IMG/VR virus record: IMGVR_UViG_3300027736_000021
DNA from: a virus
Length of the DNA stretch: 64,000 bases
Strand: one strand, 5' to 3'
Shown: positions 17,731 through 29,900 of the stretch, in pieces
Numbering within the stretch: position 1 is the stretch's first letter
Layout: each line of letters begins with the position of its first letter
Notes under the pieces: model-generated
What the model was told of the DNA's origin: nothing
The model's database searches: none
The model's input: the letters and a program-made list of their open reading frames with translations, nothing else
Made by a program: the position numbers and the translations under genes

Positions 17731-18623
17731 TGGCTACGGAAGCTATACCAAGCCCTAATGTTGCAAAGATAGATTCTTTAACTTCTGCTGACACTAATGA
17801 TAAGAAAAAGAATTTGCCGTCAAACCCACCAGCTTTAGGTGTAGGCATTGTTGAAGGCACAATTGTTGACAATTTAAATTCTCAAATATCCCATGTCTGT
17901 GATTTTTCTTTAGATATTCAAAAAAATATTGGGTTAAAAAAATATATTAAAGCCATTTCTAGGTTTATTAGAGATGGAATTCGTGCTGTTAAACTTGCAT
18001 TAGGTTTTGGAGAGCCATCTGGACTTATTTTTACCGTTATTGAGAAATTAAAAGCTGCAGCTGCTTTTATTAGATATGTTCAAAAAGAATATATTCAACC
18101 TGTTCTTGATTTTCAAAAATATGTTCTTGATGTTGTTGTAAAAATAAAAAAACTAATTCAATGGATTTTAAGTTTGCCAGCAAAAATATTTGCCATGTTA
18201 AAAGGTTGTTTAACAAGACTTTATAAAACAATTGCAAGTATTTTCTCTGACGCTTGGAACGAAGCTACAGCTGAAGAAGCAGCTGACTTTGCCGCACAGA
18301 ATCCAACTAGCGATTTGATTACTGAACCACCAGGAACACCAGAAGAAGGGTCTTTCGCCGAATTAAGAGAAGCTGCTAGTGATTTGAATAATGCTAGAAA
18401 TGAACTCACTCAAGGAGTAGAAACTGTTGTTAAAGATACTGTAACAATATTAGCTTCTGCAACAAATTTAACTTCCGTTTCAACCACAGATGACGGTGAT
18501 TTGGATTCAGAATTACTAACAGAAATTCTTGTTGAAGTTGAAGAATCATCAACTAACGCTACACTTGTTGCTGAAAATAATTTTAATAATGTATCAAATA
18601 TTACTAACGCAAAAGGAGGATAA
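17730..18623 (+). CDS. Helical protein, probable detached middle region of gp5
   Basis: Lies between the gp5 OB and gp5 C-terminal genes; amphipathic helices, acidic C-terminus. Confidence 0.5.
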   Translation: MATEAIPSPNVAKIDSLTSADTNDKKKNLPSNPPALGVGIVEGTIVDNLNSQISHVCDFSLDIQKNIGLKKYIKAISRFIRDGIRAVKLALGFGEPSGLIFTVIEKLKAAAAFIRYVQKEYIQPVLDFQKYVLDVVVKIKKLIQWILSLPAKIFAMLKGCLTRLYKTIASIFSDAWNEATAEEAADFAAQNPTSDLITEPPGTPEEGSFAELREAASDLNNARNELTQGVETVVKDTVTILASATNLTSVSTTDDGDLDSELLTEILVEVEESSTNATLVAENNFNNVSNITNAKGG

Positions 18624-18625
18624 TT

Positions 18626-19468
18626 ATGGCAACGTATGAAAGACCTCCAATTGAAAGTACCTGGATTGAACCAGAATCTGCTGCGAACGATGAAACTAAA
18701 CCAGAATATCCATATAATAATACTCAACAAACTGAAGGCGGACATTCATTTGAAATGGATGACACACCTACTCGTGAAAGAGTTCGTATTCAACATGGCA
18801 AATCAAAAAACTTTATTGAAATGCACCCCAATGGTGACCAAGTTGTAAAGATATTTGGTGATGGGTATGAAATTGTAGCTAAAAATAAAAATGTTTTAAT
18901 AAAAGGTGTTTGTAATATTACTGTGCGTGGTGATTGTAATATGGAAGTTTTAGGTAATTTTAATCAATCTGTTACTGGTGATTATAATCTTGCTGTTAAG
19001 GGTCAATATAATGTTAGAGCAGTTAAAGATATTTCTATATCAGGTGATGATGATGTATCAATTTCTGCAAATGAAAATACTGGCGGTTCTGTAAGACTTG
19101 GTGCTGCAACATCGGTTGATATAAGTTCAGATTTAAATGTATATGGACCAGCTACTTGTGATTCGCTTGTTGCAACAACACGAGTAACTGGAGGTATGGG
19201 TGTTACAGCTGGGCCATATGGATTTACATCGGCTCTCGGAGGTCTTTCTCTTGGCAAACCAACTCCAGCAACTCCAGTTGCAATACCTGGTTCTATCACC
19301 ACGGTGGGACCAATTATTTCTGATGTATCTGTGGCTGCACCTCTTGGTAATTTTTTAATAATGACTTCTGTTTTGATGACAGATATAGTTAATACGACAA
19401 TGTATAATTTTCACCAGCATCCTGCACCAAGAGGAATTACAGGATTTCCAACTTTGCCAATGATTTAA
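18626..19468 (+). CDS. gp5 C-terminal beta-helix spike
   Basis: PEYPYN....EGGH.FEMDDTP..ER.RI.H, VxG repeats, terminal HQH. Confidence 0.85.
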   Translation: MATYERPPIESTWIEPESAANDETKPEYPYNNTQQTEGGHSFEMDDTPTRERVRIQHGKSKNFIEMHPNGDQVVKIFGDGYEIVAKNKNVLIKGVCNITVRGDCNMEVLGNFNQSVTGDYNLAVKGQYNVRAVKDISISGDDDVSISANENTGGSVRLGAATSVDISSDLNVYGPATCDSLVATTRVTGGMGVTAGPYGFTSALGGLSLGKPTPATPVAIPGSITTVGPIISDVSVAAPLGNFLIMTSVLMTDIVNTTMYNFHQHPAPRGITGFPTLPMI

Positions 19469-19487
19469 TTTATAATGGAGAAATAAA

Positions 19488-20366
19488 ATGACAACAATAG
19501 CAAATTCAGCGGGAGTTTTTGCAAGACTTGGATATAACTTTGATGATCCAAATGAAACCATACAAGTTTTTTCAGACGAAACAAAAGCACAACTAAATGC
19601 AGTTCCTGCTTTACTTGATTCTTGGGCTGGAAAAGATTTAGCAACTAGTAATGTAAATGCTTATTACAAAAATCCTGTGGCTACAGATGTGCAAACTATT
19701 AGTAATTCTGCAAATTCAATTATTTCACTTGTTACTGCAGCCAATGGATTACAAGGATTAACGGGAACAATTACTACTTTATTTGCTAATATTGCAAATA
19801 CTAATTTGGCTACTGTTTGCCAATCTTATAAATTACATACTGATAGGCTTTCGGGAGTAAGAAATTTTGATGATGATGTTGGTGCCAATACTTCAGCCAT
19901 TTACACCTCGCCATATAAAGATCCAGCAATTGGTTATGGCAAATCAGCAATGTATATTGTTAATCAAACAGATGGAATTGTCAACACCGCACCAATTTTA
20001 GGTAGTTTTACCAGTCTTTTTGTTGGTCCACAGATAAATGCAAACTCAAGTATAATTTCAACTTACTATAATATAATTAATAATAGTATAACAATAACAC
20101 AAGACACAAGTGGAGCTTACTCAAACACAGTCCACACCTCAAACCTTTCTTTATCGGTAGTTACAACAATTGATAGCCAGCTGGCGAACACCACTATATT
20201 TTTGGCAAACAGAGAAAATCACGATAAAAATTATTATGCCAATCTAAAAACTGTGTCGGAAGATTATCAAGAGCTTCGTAAATTACAAAATTTGGGACAA
20301 TCAGAAAGCACTTTGATTGAAGATTTTATTGGTACAGACAAACTACTTTCTAGGTTGAACGCATAA
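19488..20366 (+). CDS. Hypothetical virion protein
   Basis: Within the baseplate cluster; GGAG SD. Confidence 0.6.
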   Translation: MTTIANSAGVFARLGYNFDDPNETIQVFSDETKAQLNAVPALLDSWAGKDLATSNVNAYYKNPVATDVQTISNSANSIISLVTAANGLQGLTGTITTLFANIANTNLATVCQSYKLHTDRLSGVRNFDDDVGANTSAIYTSPYKDPAIGYGKSAMYIVNQTDGIVNTAPILGSFTSLFVGPQINANSSIISTYYNIINNSITITQDTSGAYSNTVHTSNLSLSVVTTIDSQLANTTIFLANRENHDKNYYANLKTVSEDYQELRKLQNLGQSESTLIEDFIGTDKLLSRLNA

Positions 20367-20373
20367 ATAAGAT

Positions 20374-20778
20374 ATGGCAACCGTAACCACAAACATCGCT
20401 CGGGAATATAGTGATTTAGACTTAAACTTCACTATTCATCCAGTTAAAAAAGACATAAACCGCCATGTTGGTGATATGGCGGTCATCAATTCTATAAAGA
20501 ATTTGGTGTTAACTAATCACTATGAGAGACCATTTCAACCAGACATTGGTAGCAATATTCGCCGACTTTTGTTTGAAAATATGGACACAATTACGGCTTC
20601 TTCCATAGAAAGAGAAATAGAACAGACAATATCAAACTACGAACCTAGAGCTAGAGTTTCAAGAATTAATGCTATTGCAGATTTTGACAGAAATGGGTTT
20701 AAGGTGGAAATGGAATTCTTTGTTATCAATAGAACTGACCCAATCACAATTAATTTTTTCCTAGAACGGATTAGATAG
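20374..20778 (+). CDS. gp25: Baseplate wedge subunit gp25
   Basis: YSDLDLNF..HP, SIKNLVLT...ERPFQP.IGS, LLFE, NYEPR. Confidence 0.93.
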   Translation: MATVTTNIAREYSDLDLNFTIHPVKKDINRHVGDMAVINSIKNLVLTNHYERPFQPDIGSNIRRLLFENMDTITASSIEREIEQTISNYEPRARVSRINAIADFDRNGFKVEMEFFVINRTDPITINFFLERIR

Positions 20779-20780
20779 AA

Positions 20781-22835
20781 ATGGCTAACGCTCGTTTACA
20801 AATCTCTGACCTTGATTTTGACCAAATCAAAACAAACTTAAAAACATATTTAAAACAACAATCTCAATTTCAAGATTATGATTTTGATGGTGCTGGATTA
20901 AATATTCTTTTAGATATTCTTGCTTATAATACCCACTACAATTCATACTACTTGAACATGGTGGCTAATGAAGCATTTTTAGATACTGCTTTATTAAGGG
21001 ATTCGGTTGTTTCTCATGCCAAAACTTTAGGTTATATTCCTTTTTCCGTTACTGCACCACGAGCTATTGTTAATGTAACTGTGAATAGTGGAACAACAAC
21101 ACCTGAAACATTGACTATTCCAAAAGGATTTACATTTAGTTCAAATTTAATTGATAGCCTTTCGTATAATTTTGTTGTATTAGAAGAATCCACAGTAACA
21201 AAATCCAACACTTCTTTTTTCTTTGAAAACTTGGACATCTATGAAGGTTCATTGGTAAGTTATGTTTTTAACTATACTGAAAACTCTAATCCAAAATCTA
21301 TATTTGTTTTGCCTGATAACAATATTGACACCACAACAATTTCTGTATCAGTATCACCAAATGTTGGAAACACATCAACACAAGTCTATAATCAAGTAAC
21401 GGATATATTGGATATTACTTCAACATCTGAGGTTTATTTTTTACAAGAAAGTAAAAACGGAAACTATGAGATTTATTTTGGCGATGGAGTAGTTGGCAAA
21501 GCACTCAATGATGGTGCAGTTGTTACTGTAACATATTTGGTTACCAATGGTGTTGCTGCCAATCAAACGGACGGTTTTATTGCTGCCGCTTCAATTGGTG
21601 CTTATTCTGATATTGTTATTGATGTTGTTGACGTGGCATCTGGTGGTGCAACTCGTGAAACAGTTGATTCAATTAAATATTCCGCTGCAGCTCAATACGC
21701 AACACAAAATCGTTTAGTTACAGTTAAAGATTATGAATCATATATTAAAAGTAAATACCCAAGTGTAGATTCTTTATCTGTTTGGGGTGGCGAAACTGAA
21801 ACACCAAAAGTATTTGGTAAAGTTTATATTGCATTAAAACCAAAAGCCAATTATTACATTTCTGAAACTGAAAAACAAAGAATTATTGATGAGATTATTA
21901 GTCCAAAATCTATTGTATCTGTTAATGCAGAGATTCGTGACCCACAATATTTGTATTTAATTATTGAAAGTAGAGTTCAATATGACCCAAAGAAAACTTC
22001 TTTGGATGAAGGCAGCATTAAAACAAATATTCGCCAAGCAATTTTAGATTATCGTGATATTAATTTGAATAAATTTGCTGGTACATTTGTGCTTTCAAAA
22101 TTGCAAGATGCAATTGATTCAACCAATGGCGATTCAATCATAGGTTCGGAGAGTGTTGTTCGTGTTCAACGCCGTTTTCAACCTCAATTAAATGAATCTG
22201 TAAGTTATACAATTAAATATAATGTTCCTATTCATCGTGGTACATTAATAAATAAATTAACTTCAACTCAATTTACAGTATTTGATGTTACTGGAGTAGT
22301 AAGAACAGCACAGCTTGAAGAAATTCCACAATCTTTTACTGGTATATCTTCAATTCAAATTACAAATCCTGGAACAGGATATACAACCACACCAACCATT
22401 ACAATTAATGGTGACGGAACAAACGCAACAGCAGAAGCCGTAATTGTTAATGGTAGAATTCAAACAATTAACATTACTAATCGTGGTACGGACTATACTC
22501 GTGCTACAATTTCTATTACTGGTGGTAATGGATATGGTGCAGAAGCTGTTGCTGTAATTGATGGTAAAACAGGAACACTCAGAACAGTTTACTACGACAG
22601 TTTAGCTCAAAGACAAATTATTAATTCTAATGCAGGCACTATTGATTATGACAATGGTATTTTAACAATTAATAATATTCGTTTTTTAACTGTTGATTCA
22701 GACGATGGGTTAATTCGTATAACTATTGAAGCAGAAAAAGGAATCATTGAATCAACAAGAGATACAATTCTTACAATTGATGAAACTGATCCAATAGCAA
22801 TTTCAACAATATTAGAAAAGAAATTTAATTTATAA
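20781..22835 (+). CDS. gp6: Baseplate wedge subunit gp6
   Basis: LDFDQIK.NLK, DYDF.G..L..LLD.LAYNTHY, YFGDG..GK, QNR.VT..DY, WGGE. Confidence 0.95.
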   Translation: MANARLQISDLDFDQIKTNLKTYLKQQSQFQDYDFDGAGLNILLDILAYNTHYNSYYLNMVANEAFLDTALLRDSVVSHAKTLGYIPFSVTAPRAIVNVTVNSGTTTPETLTIPKGFTFSSNLIDSLSYNFVVLEESTVTKSNTSFFFENLDIYEGSLVSYVFNYTENSNPKSIFVLPDNNIDTTTISVSVSPNVGNTSTQVYNQVTDILDITSTSEVYFLQESKNGNYEIYFGDGVVGKALNDGAVVTVTYLVTNGVAANQTDGFIAAASIGAYSDIVIDVVDVASGGATRETVDSIKYSAAAQYATQNRLVTVKDYESYIKSKYPSVDSLSVWGGETETPKVFGKVYIALKPKANYYISETEKQRIIDEIISPKSIVSVNAEIRDPQYLYLIIESRVQYDPKKTSLDEGSIKTNIRQAILDYRDINLNKFAGTFVLSKLQDAIDSTNGDSIIGSESVVRVQRRFQPQLNESVSYTIKYNVPIHRGTLINKLTSTQFTVFDVTGVVRTAQLEEIPQSFTGISSIQITNPGTGYTTTPTITINGDGTNATAEAVIVNGRIQTINITNRGTDYTRATISITGGNGYGAEAVAVIDGKTGTLRTVYYDSLAQRQIINSNAGTIDYDNGILTINNIRFLTVDSDDGLIRITIEAEKGIIESTRDTILTIDETDPIAISTILEKKFNL

Positions 22836-25339
22836 TGGCTGACCAAAAAACATCGTTACTGATTAATCGTCAGGTACCGGAGTTTGTTCGTGAAGAACAT
22901 CCTAATTTTATTGCTTTTTTAGAAGCATATTATGAATTTTTGGAAAATAAACAAGGCACAAAAAAGAATGATTTAGTAACTAAATCAAAAGACCTTCGTT
23001 ATGTTTCTGATGTTGATGCTTCCATAGCAGAGTTTGAAAATAACTTTTTCAATACTTACGGCAACTTAATTCCTCGTAATGTTGAAGTAGATAAAGCATT
23101 TTTAATTAAAAACATTTTGCCATTATATTTGGCAAAAGGTAGTGATAAATCATTTCAACTTTTATTCAGACTTCTATTCAATGAAGAAGTAGAAATTGTT
23201 AAACCAAATCAAAGCGTTTTGCGAGCTTCTGATGGTAAATGGTTAATTGAAAATGCATTTAGAACCGAACAAGGTGTGTATAGTGTATATACAGGAAATG
23301 GTTCAAATACCACATTTAAGTTAGCACAAATTGTTTCTGCTAGTAACATTTCTGTTTACATTAACAATGTCTTACAAACTTCTGGTTTTAATATTCGTAG
23401 AGAAACTAGAAAGTTAATATTCAATACTGCACCGGCAAACAACTCTGTAATTGAAGTTTTGTATAGTGATTTTGATTTTGATTTATTGTCAAACAGAAAA
23501 ATAACAGGTACTGTATCTGGTGCTACTGCTCTTATTGAAAGAACAGCTCAAAAAACTGTTAATGCTATTCCAATTTTTGAATTGTATATTAATACAAAAA
23601 CTTTACTTGGAACTTTTGAAAATGGCGAAACTGCTACATTAGACATTATTGATCCTGACGATAACACTCTTATTACTATTAGAGTTCACGGGTTATCCAT
23701 TCTTCGTAATATCTACATTATAGATGGCGGTGCTAGTTATAATGTTGGTGATCCAGTTATTATTTCTGGTGGTGAAGCAACACGAGATGCTCAAGCTGTT
23801 GTTTCTGAAGTATTTTCTGGATTCATTAATCAAATTAGAGTTTTAGCTGGTGGTGCAGGATTCAAAACCGGTTCTAATGTTTATGTAATTGGTACAGGTT
23901 CTGGTTCATTAAGTATGGCTATTGATTCTGTTGATGTTTCTGGTCAAAATACTTCTAACTTTTTTGTTGTAAATACAGATAGAATTGCTGATTATGGAAG
24001 CATTGCAATTAATGCTGCTAACTATGGATTTAATGCTTCAGTTGTTGCTGAAAATGTTAATTCAAAAATTGTTGATTGTTTAGTTTTTGAAAATGTTACA
24101 AGTATTGGTGCAATTACCAATGTGGCAATTTTATTTGCAAATGCAACTTTTTCTAGTGTTCCAACATTAGATGCTGATTCAGCTCCATTCTTAGCTAATG
24201 GAACAACACATCAAGTTTTAAGTTCTCATTCTTTAGGTCGAATTAGAATTAATAGTGGTGGATTAAATTATCAAATTGGTGATGAGTTAATATTTGCAGA
24301 AACACAACCAATGGCCATTGGCGTTGGTGCGGCCGCAGCGGTAACCAACATATCATCAACAGGTGCTATCACTAAGGTTGAATTACAACCATCAAGAATT
24401 ACTGGTACTGCAAATACTTTTGCTAACATTAATGTAACAGTTATTGGAACAGGAACATTATTTCAAGATGAGTTGCGTGTTGGCGACCGCATTATGATTA
24501 ATAATGAATCTCGTTATATTAATGCAATCAGTTCAAATACATCATTAAATGTTAATGCAAACTTTGTGTATGCAACCACAAGTAAAAAGATTGGTAAATA
24601 TGATGAGTATCCAATTGGCGGACAAAATTATAGTCAGACACACCCTCCAACAGTAACGGTATTATCTGCAACAGGTTCATCTGCTAATTTGTCCACAATA
24701 GCGTTAATGGGAGATGGTGAGAATCTATTTGCAACCGCAGACCAAGATCCTGGTGCAATTACAAAGATTCGTATTATTGATGCTGGTTCTGGTTATGTGT
24801 TTCCGCCACAAATTGATTTAACACAGTCTGGTGATGGAACAGCTTTAGCTAATTCAGCTATTGAACCAAGTTATGTTACATTCCCTGGCCGTTGGACAAC
24901 ATCTGATTCTATTCTGTCAACCACAGAAAGAGTTATTCAAGGTCGTGAATACTTTGTTGACTATTCTTATGTGTTATCTTCACAGGTTGAATTTACTAAG
25001 TTCAAAGATGTGTTCAAATCTCTAGTTCATCCAGCTGGGTTTATTGAATATGCACAATATAATATTAATGAAATTGTTTCTGCCAATAATGTTAGCCGTA
25101 GTAACATTACAGTTGCCAATACAATTTCTGGAACGGTCAATGTAAATAGCAGCATCTATATAACTGGTACAAACACTAAGTTTAATGTTGTAAACAATAA
25201 AGTTATAACAATTGGTTCTCAGATTGCGGTTAACTCTGAAATTAGATACATTAATGCTATTTACAGCAATGGAACAATGACAGTCAACACGGCATTTACA
25301 ATCACTTCAAACAATGAAACTCTTGTAATTGTTACATAA
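22835..25339 (+). CDS. Baseplate wedge protein (gp7-like)
   Basis: QVPEFVREEHP.F..FLEAYYEF, Y..KGS..S..LLFR.LF, YSYV, VHPAG; between gp6 and gp8. Confidence 0.7.
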   Translation: MADQKTSLLINRQVPEFVREEHPNFIAFLEAYYEFLENKQGTKKNDLVTKSKDLRYVSDVDASIAEFENNFFNTYGNLIPRNVEVDKAFLIKNILPLYLAKGSDKSFQLLFRLLFNEEVEIVKPNQSVLRASDGKWLIENAFRTEQGVYSVYTGNGSNTTFKLAQIVSASNISVYINNVLQTSGFNIRRETRKLIFNTAPANNSVIEVLYSDFDFDLLSNRKITGTVSGATALIERTAQKTVNAIPIFELYINTKTLLGTFENGETATLDIIDPDDNTLITIRVHGLSILRNIYIIDGGASYNVGDPVIISGGEATRDAQAVVSEVFSGFINQIRVLAGGAGFKTGSNVYVIGTGSGSLSMAIDSVDVSGQNTSNFFVVNTDRIADYGSIAINAANYGFNASVVAENVNSKIVDCLVFENVTSIGAITNVAILFANATFSSVPTLDADSAPFLANGTTHQVLSSHSLGRIRINSGGLNYQIGDELIFAETQPMAIGVGAAAAVTNISSTGAITKVELQPSRITGTANTFANINVTVIGTGTLFQDELRVGDRIMINNESRYINAISSNTSLNVNANFVYATTSKKIGKYDEYPIGGQNYSQTHPPTVTVLSATGSSANLSTIALMGDGENLFATADQDPGAITKIRIIDAGSGYVFPPQIDLTQSGDGTALANSAIEPSYVTFPGRWTTSDSILSTTERVIQGREYFVDYSYVLSSQVEFTKFKDVFKSLVHPAGFIEYAQYNINEIVSANNVSRSNITVANTISGTVNVNSSIYITGTNTKFNVVNNKVITIGSQIAVNSEIRYINAIYSNGTMTVNTAFTITSNNETLVIVT

Positions 25340-25354
25340 ATAGAATACTAAACC

Positions 25355-26911
25355 ATGGCAACTTTTTATACTTCCAAAAAACTTTCGTTTAATAACGCAG
25401 AACAATTCAAAGAATCGTTCTATGAGCCAGAGCCAGCTACAGTTGGTTATGTGACCATTGGTAACCATGTTCCGTATGCAAACGAATCTTCTCCAAACTC
25501 CATAGTTGATTCTGTATCAGACGAGAAATCTGTATGGGACAATATGTATGCCGCCAAAAAGATTACAGGCAACGATGTTGAGTTGGTTATTCCTCGTGTT
25601 AATTGGACATCCAGCACAAAATACAAACAATACGATGACAAGATTTCTGTTGACGATTTGCTAACTGGCAATACGACAATAAATGTGAAACCAATGTATG
25701 TTCTTACATCTTCACGGAATGTCTATAAGTGCCTATCTAATAATTCTTCTGCCAATTCTACGGTTGAACCATCTGGTGACTTTACAACGGCTAACGGAAC
25801 AATCTCTACTGCCGATGGATACATCTGGAAGTACCTGTATAATGTTAAACCTACCAATAGGTTTTTAACAACAGATTGGATTCCTGCACCAATATCAACA
25901 AATAAACTGGACTATAATGTAAGTCAGACCAGTCCGATTGATGGTGAAGTAACCACAATTGTTGTAACAAATCGTGGAACAGGTTATGCTCACCCAACAA
26001 TTAACGCTTCTGCATTTGGAACAGGCGTAACCACAATTACTCTTGCTAATACCACAAATGTGGCTGCCAATATGATTGTTACTGGAACAGGTATTGCGAC
26101 TGGAACATTAGTAACGGCTGTCAATTCGGTTACAAGTATTATTACAATAGATACTGCAACAAGCGCCAACGGTGGCGGAACAACAGCAAATGCTTTGAGT
26201 TTTTTAACAAAAATTTATATTCAAGGTGATGGCGCAAGTCTTGAAGCCTCCGCTAATCTTTTTGCTAATGGTGCGGTTTCTAAAATTACTGTTGATGTAA
26301 CTGGCACAGGATATTCTTATGCCAATGCCACAATCTATGGCTCTGGCACAGGTGCAAATACTCGTGTGATTTTGCCACCAAAGTTTGGCCATGGATTTAA
26401 CTCAGCAAAAGAATTAGACGCAACAAATGTGATGATATCAGAGAGAATTGGTTCAATTGATTCAACAGAAAATGGATTAATTTCTACTTCTACATCATTC
26501 CGACAGTATGGACTTCTAAGGGATCCGTATAAATATGGCAATACTTCACCAGTAATTAGTTCAAATGCTAATACTGTTATTTCACAGACCACAAACATAA
26601 CTCTAATTGCTGGTACAAATTTTGAGTTAAATGAGTTTGTCTATCAAGGCGCTGCTGCTAATAGTGCCTATTTTTATGGTTTTGTGAACTCACAGACAGC
26701 AAATGAAGTTAGATTGACTAAAGTTAGAGGAACAATTACAGTAGGTGGATTATTGATTGGTGCAAATTCGGGTGTCAATAGAACTGTTGTAAAATTGACC
26801 AATCCTGAATTTCAACCATACACTGGTGATGTATTGTATACTGAAAATATTCAACAAGTTACACGAGCAGATGGACAAGCTGAAAATGTCAAGTTTGTTA
26901 TTAGATTCTAA
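25355..26911 (+). CDS. gp8: Baseplate wedge subunit gp8
   Basis: IPR.NW, VYKCL.N, DGYIWKYLY, P..GHG, FRQYGL..DP, E.VK.VI.F. Confidence 0.9.
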   Translation: MATFYTSKKLSFNNAEQFKESFYEPEPATVGYVTIGNHVPYANESSPNSIVDSVSDEKSVWDNMYAAKKITGNDVELVIPRVNWTSSTKYKQYDDKISVDDLLTGNTTINVKPMYVLTSSRNVYKCLSNNSSANSTVEPSGDFTTANGTISTADGYIWKYLYNVKPTNRFLTTDWIPAPISTNKLDYNVSQTSPIDGEVTTIVVTNRGTGYAHPTINASAFGTGVTTITLANTTNVAANMIVTGTGIATGTLVTAVNSVTSIITIDTATSANGGGTTANALSFLTKIYIQGDGASLEASANLFANGAVSKITVDVTGTGYSYANATIYGSGTGANTRVILPPKFGHGFNSAKELDATNVMISERIGSIDSTENGLISTSTSFRQYGLLRDPYKYGNTSPVISSNANTVISQTTNITLIAGTNFELNEFVYQGAAANSAYFYGFVNSQTANEVRLTKVRGTITVGGLLIGANSGVNRTVVKLTNPEFQPYTGDVLYTENIQQVTRADGQAENVKFVIRF

Positions 26912-26923
26912 GGAAAATAGTTA

Positions 26924-29900
26924 ATGTCGTTAAATACCAATTTTAATGTCAATCCATATTATGATGATTTTGACGAAGATAAAAAGTTTCTTCGGATATT
27001 ATTTAAGCCTGGTTTTGCTGTTCAAGCTCGTGAATTAACACAATCTCAAACTCTTTTACAAAAACAAGTTGAGCGTTTTGGCGAACACGTTTTCAAAAAC
27101 GGTTCTGTCGTTTCTGGTGGTCAACTGTTCATCCATGATTCCACATATTTAAATGTGGTCACAGATTATGCTGGTACAGCGGTTAATATTAACAATTTTA
27201 ACGGCAAAACAATTACCAATTTGGCAGGAACAAAAACTGGTCAAGTTGTGGTTGTTTATGATGCTGATGCTGGTACTGGTGATCCAAAAACAATCTATGT
27301 AAAACAAATTTCAGGAACAGCTTTTGCTGCTGGTGATACAATTACCACAGTTGAAGCTGCTCCAGTTTTTGCTAATGTTTCAACAGGTGGTGTTGGAACT
27401 GGCAAAACATTTTCTGTAAGTGATGGTGTTTATTTTTATGATGGTTTTTTCATTAAAAACAGTTCTCAAACAATAGCACTCAGTAAATATAATACATCTG
27501 CCAATGCAAGAATTGGTTTTGAAATTACAGAATCTATTGTTGAATATACACAAGATACTTCTTTGTTGGATCCAGCACAAGATGCTTCTAACTTTCAAGC
27601 TCCAGGTGCCGACCGATTTAAGATTGAACTAATTCTTTCTAGCAGAACGCTTGATTCTACCGATGACACGCAATTTATTGAGTTAGCTAGAACTGTAAAT
27701 GGAACTCTATCTTACGCATTAATTTATCCACAATATGCTGTGTTAGAAGATACTTTAGCACGCAGAACATATGATGAATCTGGTAACTATACTGTTCGAC
27801 CATTCAAACTTGCATTAGAAACAAGTGCAGCTAATACTGCAAAGGCTAACGTCATTCTATCGCCAGGTAAAGCATATGTTTATGGTTATGAATTTGAAAC
27901 CATTGCACCAACAACAATTACATTTGATAAACCAAGAACAACCGATTCAGTAAATAATAAACGACTGACTGCTGACTATGGTTATTATGTGTATTCAAAT
28001 ACACATTTTGGTTCTTTACCAATTAACAGTTTACAAACAGTAGATTTACATTGTGTATCAAATAGCACAATCAATGTGGCAACTGCTGGTACAATTACTA
28101 ATACTAAGATTGGTACAGCTCGTGTTAAATCTATTGCATTTGATTCTGCATCCAATACACAAAATTCTTCAACATATACCTATCGCACATACTTGTTTGA
28201 TGTGAATGTTGGTTCTATTACAGGTGGTAATGTAGTTGTTTTAGGAACAAATACAGGTTATGTTCAGATTGCAAATAGTATAACTGGTTCACAATTATAT
28301 TCTACTGCTAATACCGCTTATGTTGGTGCCAAGTTTAGAGTTATTGCTGGTCCTGGTGTTGGTGAAACACCAAAAACAATTACCAATTACAATGGTGCAA
28401 CTCAGACAATTCAACTTTCTGAGCCTTTCATTACTACACCAAATTCATTATCTAATTGGTCTATTGACTTTGAAGTTAATGATGTTAAGTCATTATCAAT
28501 AGTTAGCGGTACAACTCGTCTTGCCGCAGCTGATATTGATACTTCATCTAAAGATCCAGCTTCAACGTATAACGACACATTTATTTCAGATAGCAACCTT
28601 GAGCCATTATTGTTTAATCTTGGCCAAAACTATATTGCACAAAATACAATTGCTGATTTTTCATACTCGTATAAGCGTCTGTATGCATCTCAGTCATTCT
28701 CATCTTCAGATTCTCCAGCATTAACTGTTGGTACTGGTGAAACAATTTCTGCTGCTACAAGTTCTTCTGCTAAGGCTGAGAATTATCAAATTGTTGTAAC
28801 AACTGCCGGCACATCACCATATACTGTTGGCCAAATTATTCCTGCTAACTTGTATACCGTAGATACAGGAACTCGTAAAATTACGGTTACTTCTGGTAAC
28901 AACATGGTTGCAAATATTACTGCAACTATTGATTCAAGTAATCCTGGTTCAAAAGGCAAAACATATGTTGCTGCCAATGCTACTGTGCAAACATCTGGCG
29001 GCACAAGTATTTTTGCAAATAATGGAGTAATTCTTTATACTGCAAATGGTCAAGTTCATATTATGGCCAACACAGTTTATAAAACTCCAGGTACAGTTCA
29101 ATCATTATTTGTTCCTGATGTTATTGAATTGGTTTCTGTTTTAGATTTTAATAACACTTTAATTACTGTTGCTAACTCAACAACTGCAACAGATGTTACA
29201 TCACGCTACACTTTAGATAGCGGCCAAAGAGATTCACTTTATGACCATTCATCTATCAGATTAAAAGCTGGTTCAGCTGCACCTACTGGTCCGTTAGTTG
29301 TTAAGTTTAATCGTTTCAGCTCATCTGGTGCAGGATTTTTTACCGTAGATTCGTATGTTGGATATAGTTACGGAAGTATTCCTACTTATACTTCTAAGGC
29401 AACAGGACAAGTTTATGAATTAAGGGATTGCCTTGATTACAGACCAGTTAGGTCAGTACCAACAACACCAGCAACAGCAAACACCGTCAGCTTTGATGTT
29501 GATTCAACCACGACTGGTCCTAAGATTCCAGAGAATGGTTCCGACATACTTTTAGACTATCAATATTATCTACCAAGAACGGACAAAGTAATATTGAATA
29601 AGAATCGTACCTTTGAAGTTCTCCAAGGCAACCCATCGTTAACTCCTGTTCAGCCAAACGATAAAGATGGTGCGATGACAATGTATATTCTTCGTGAGCC
29701 TGCCTATGTTGCCAACACATCTGATATTGATGTTGAATATGTTGATAACAAACGCTATACAATGCGTGATATTGGTAACCTTGACAAACGGATTGGCAAC
29801 TTAGAATACTATACTTCGCTTTCTTTGCTTGAACAAAATGCATTGAACAAACAAGATTTGACTATTTTGGATTCTACAAACTTACCACGATTTAAGAATG

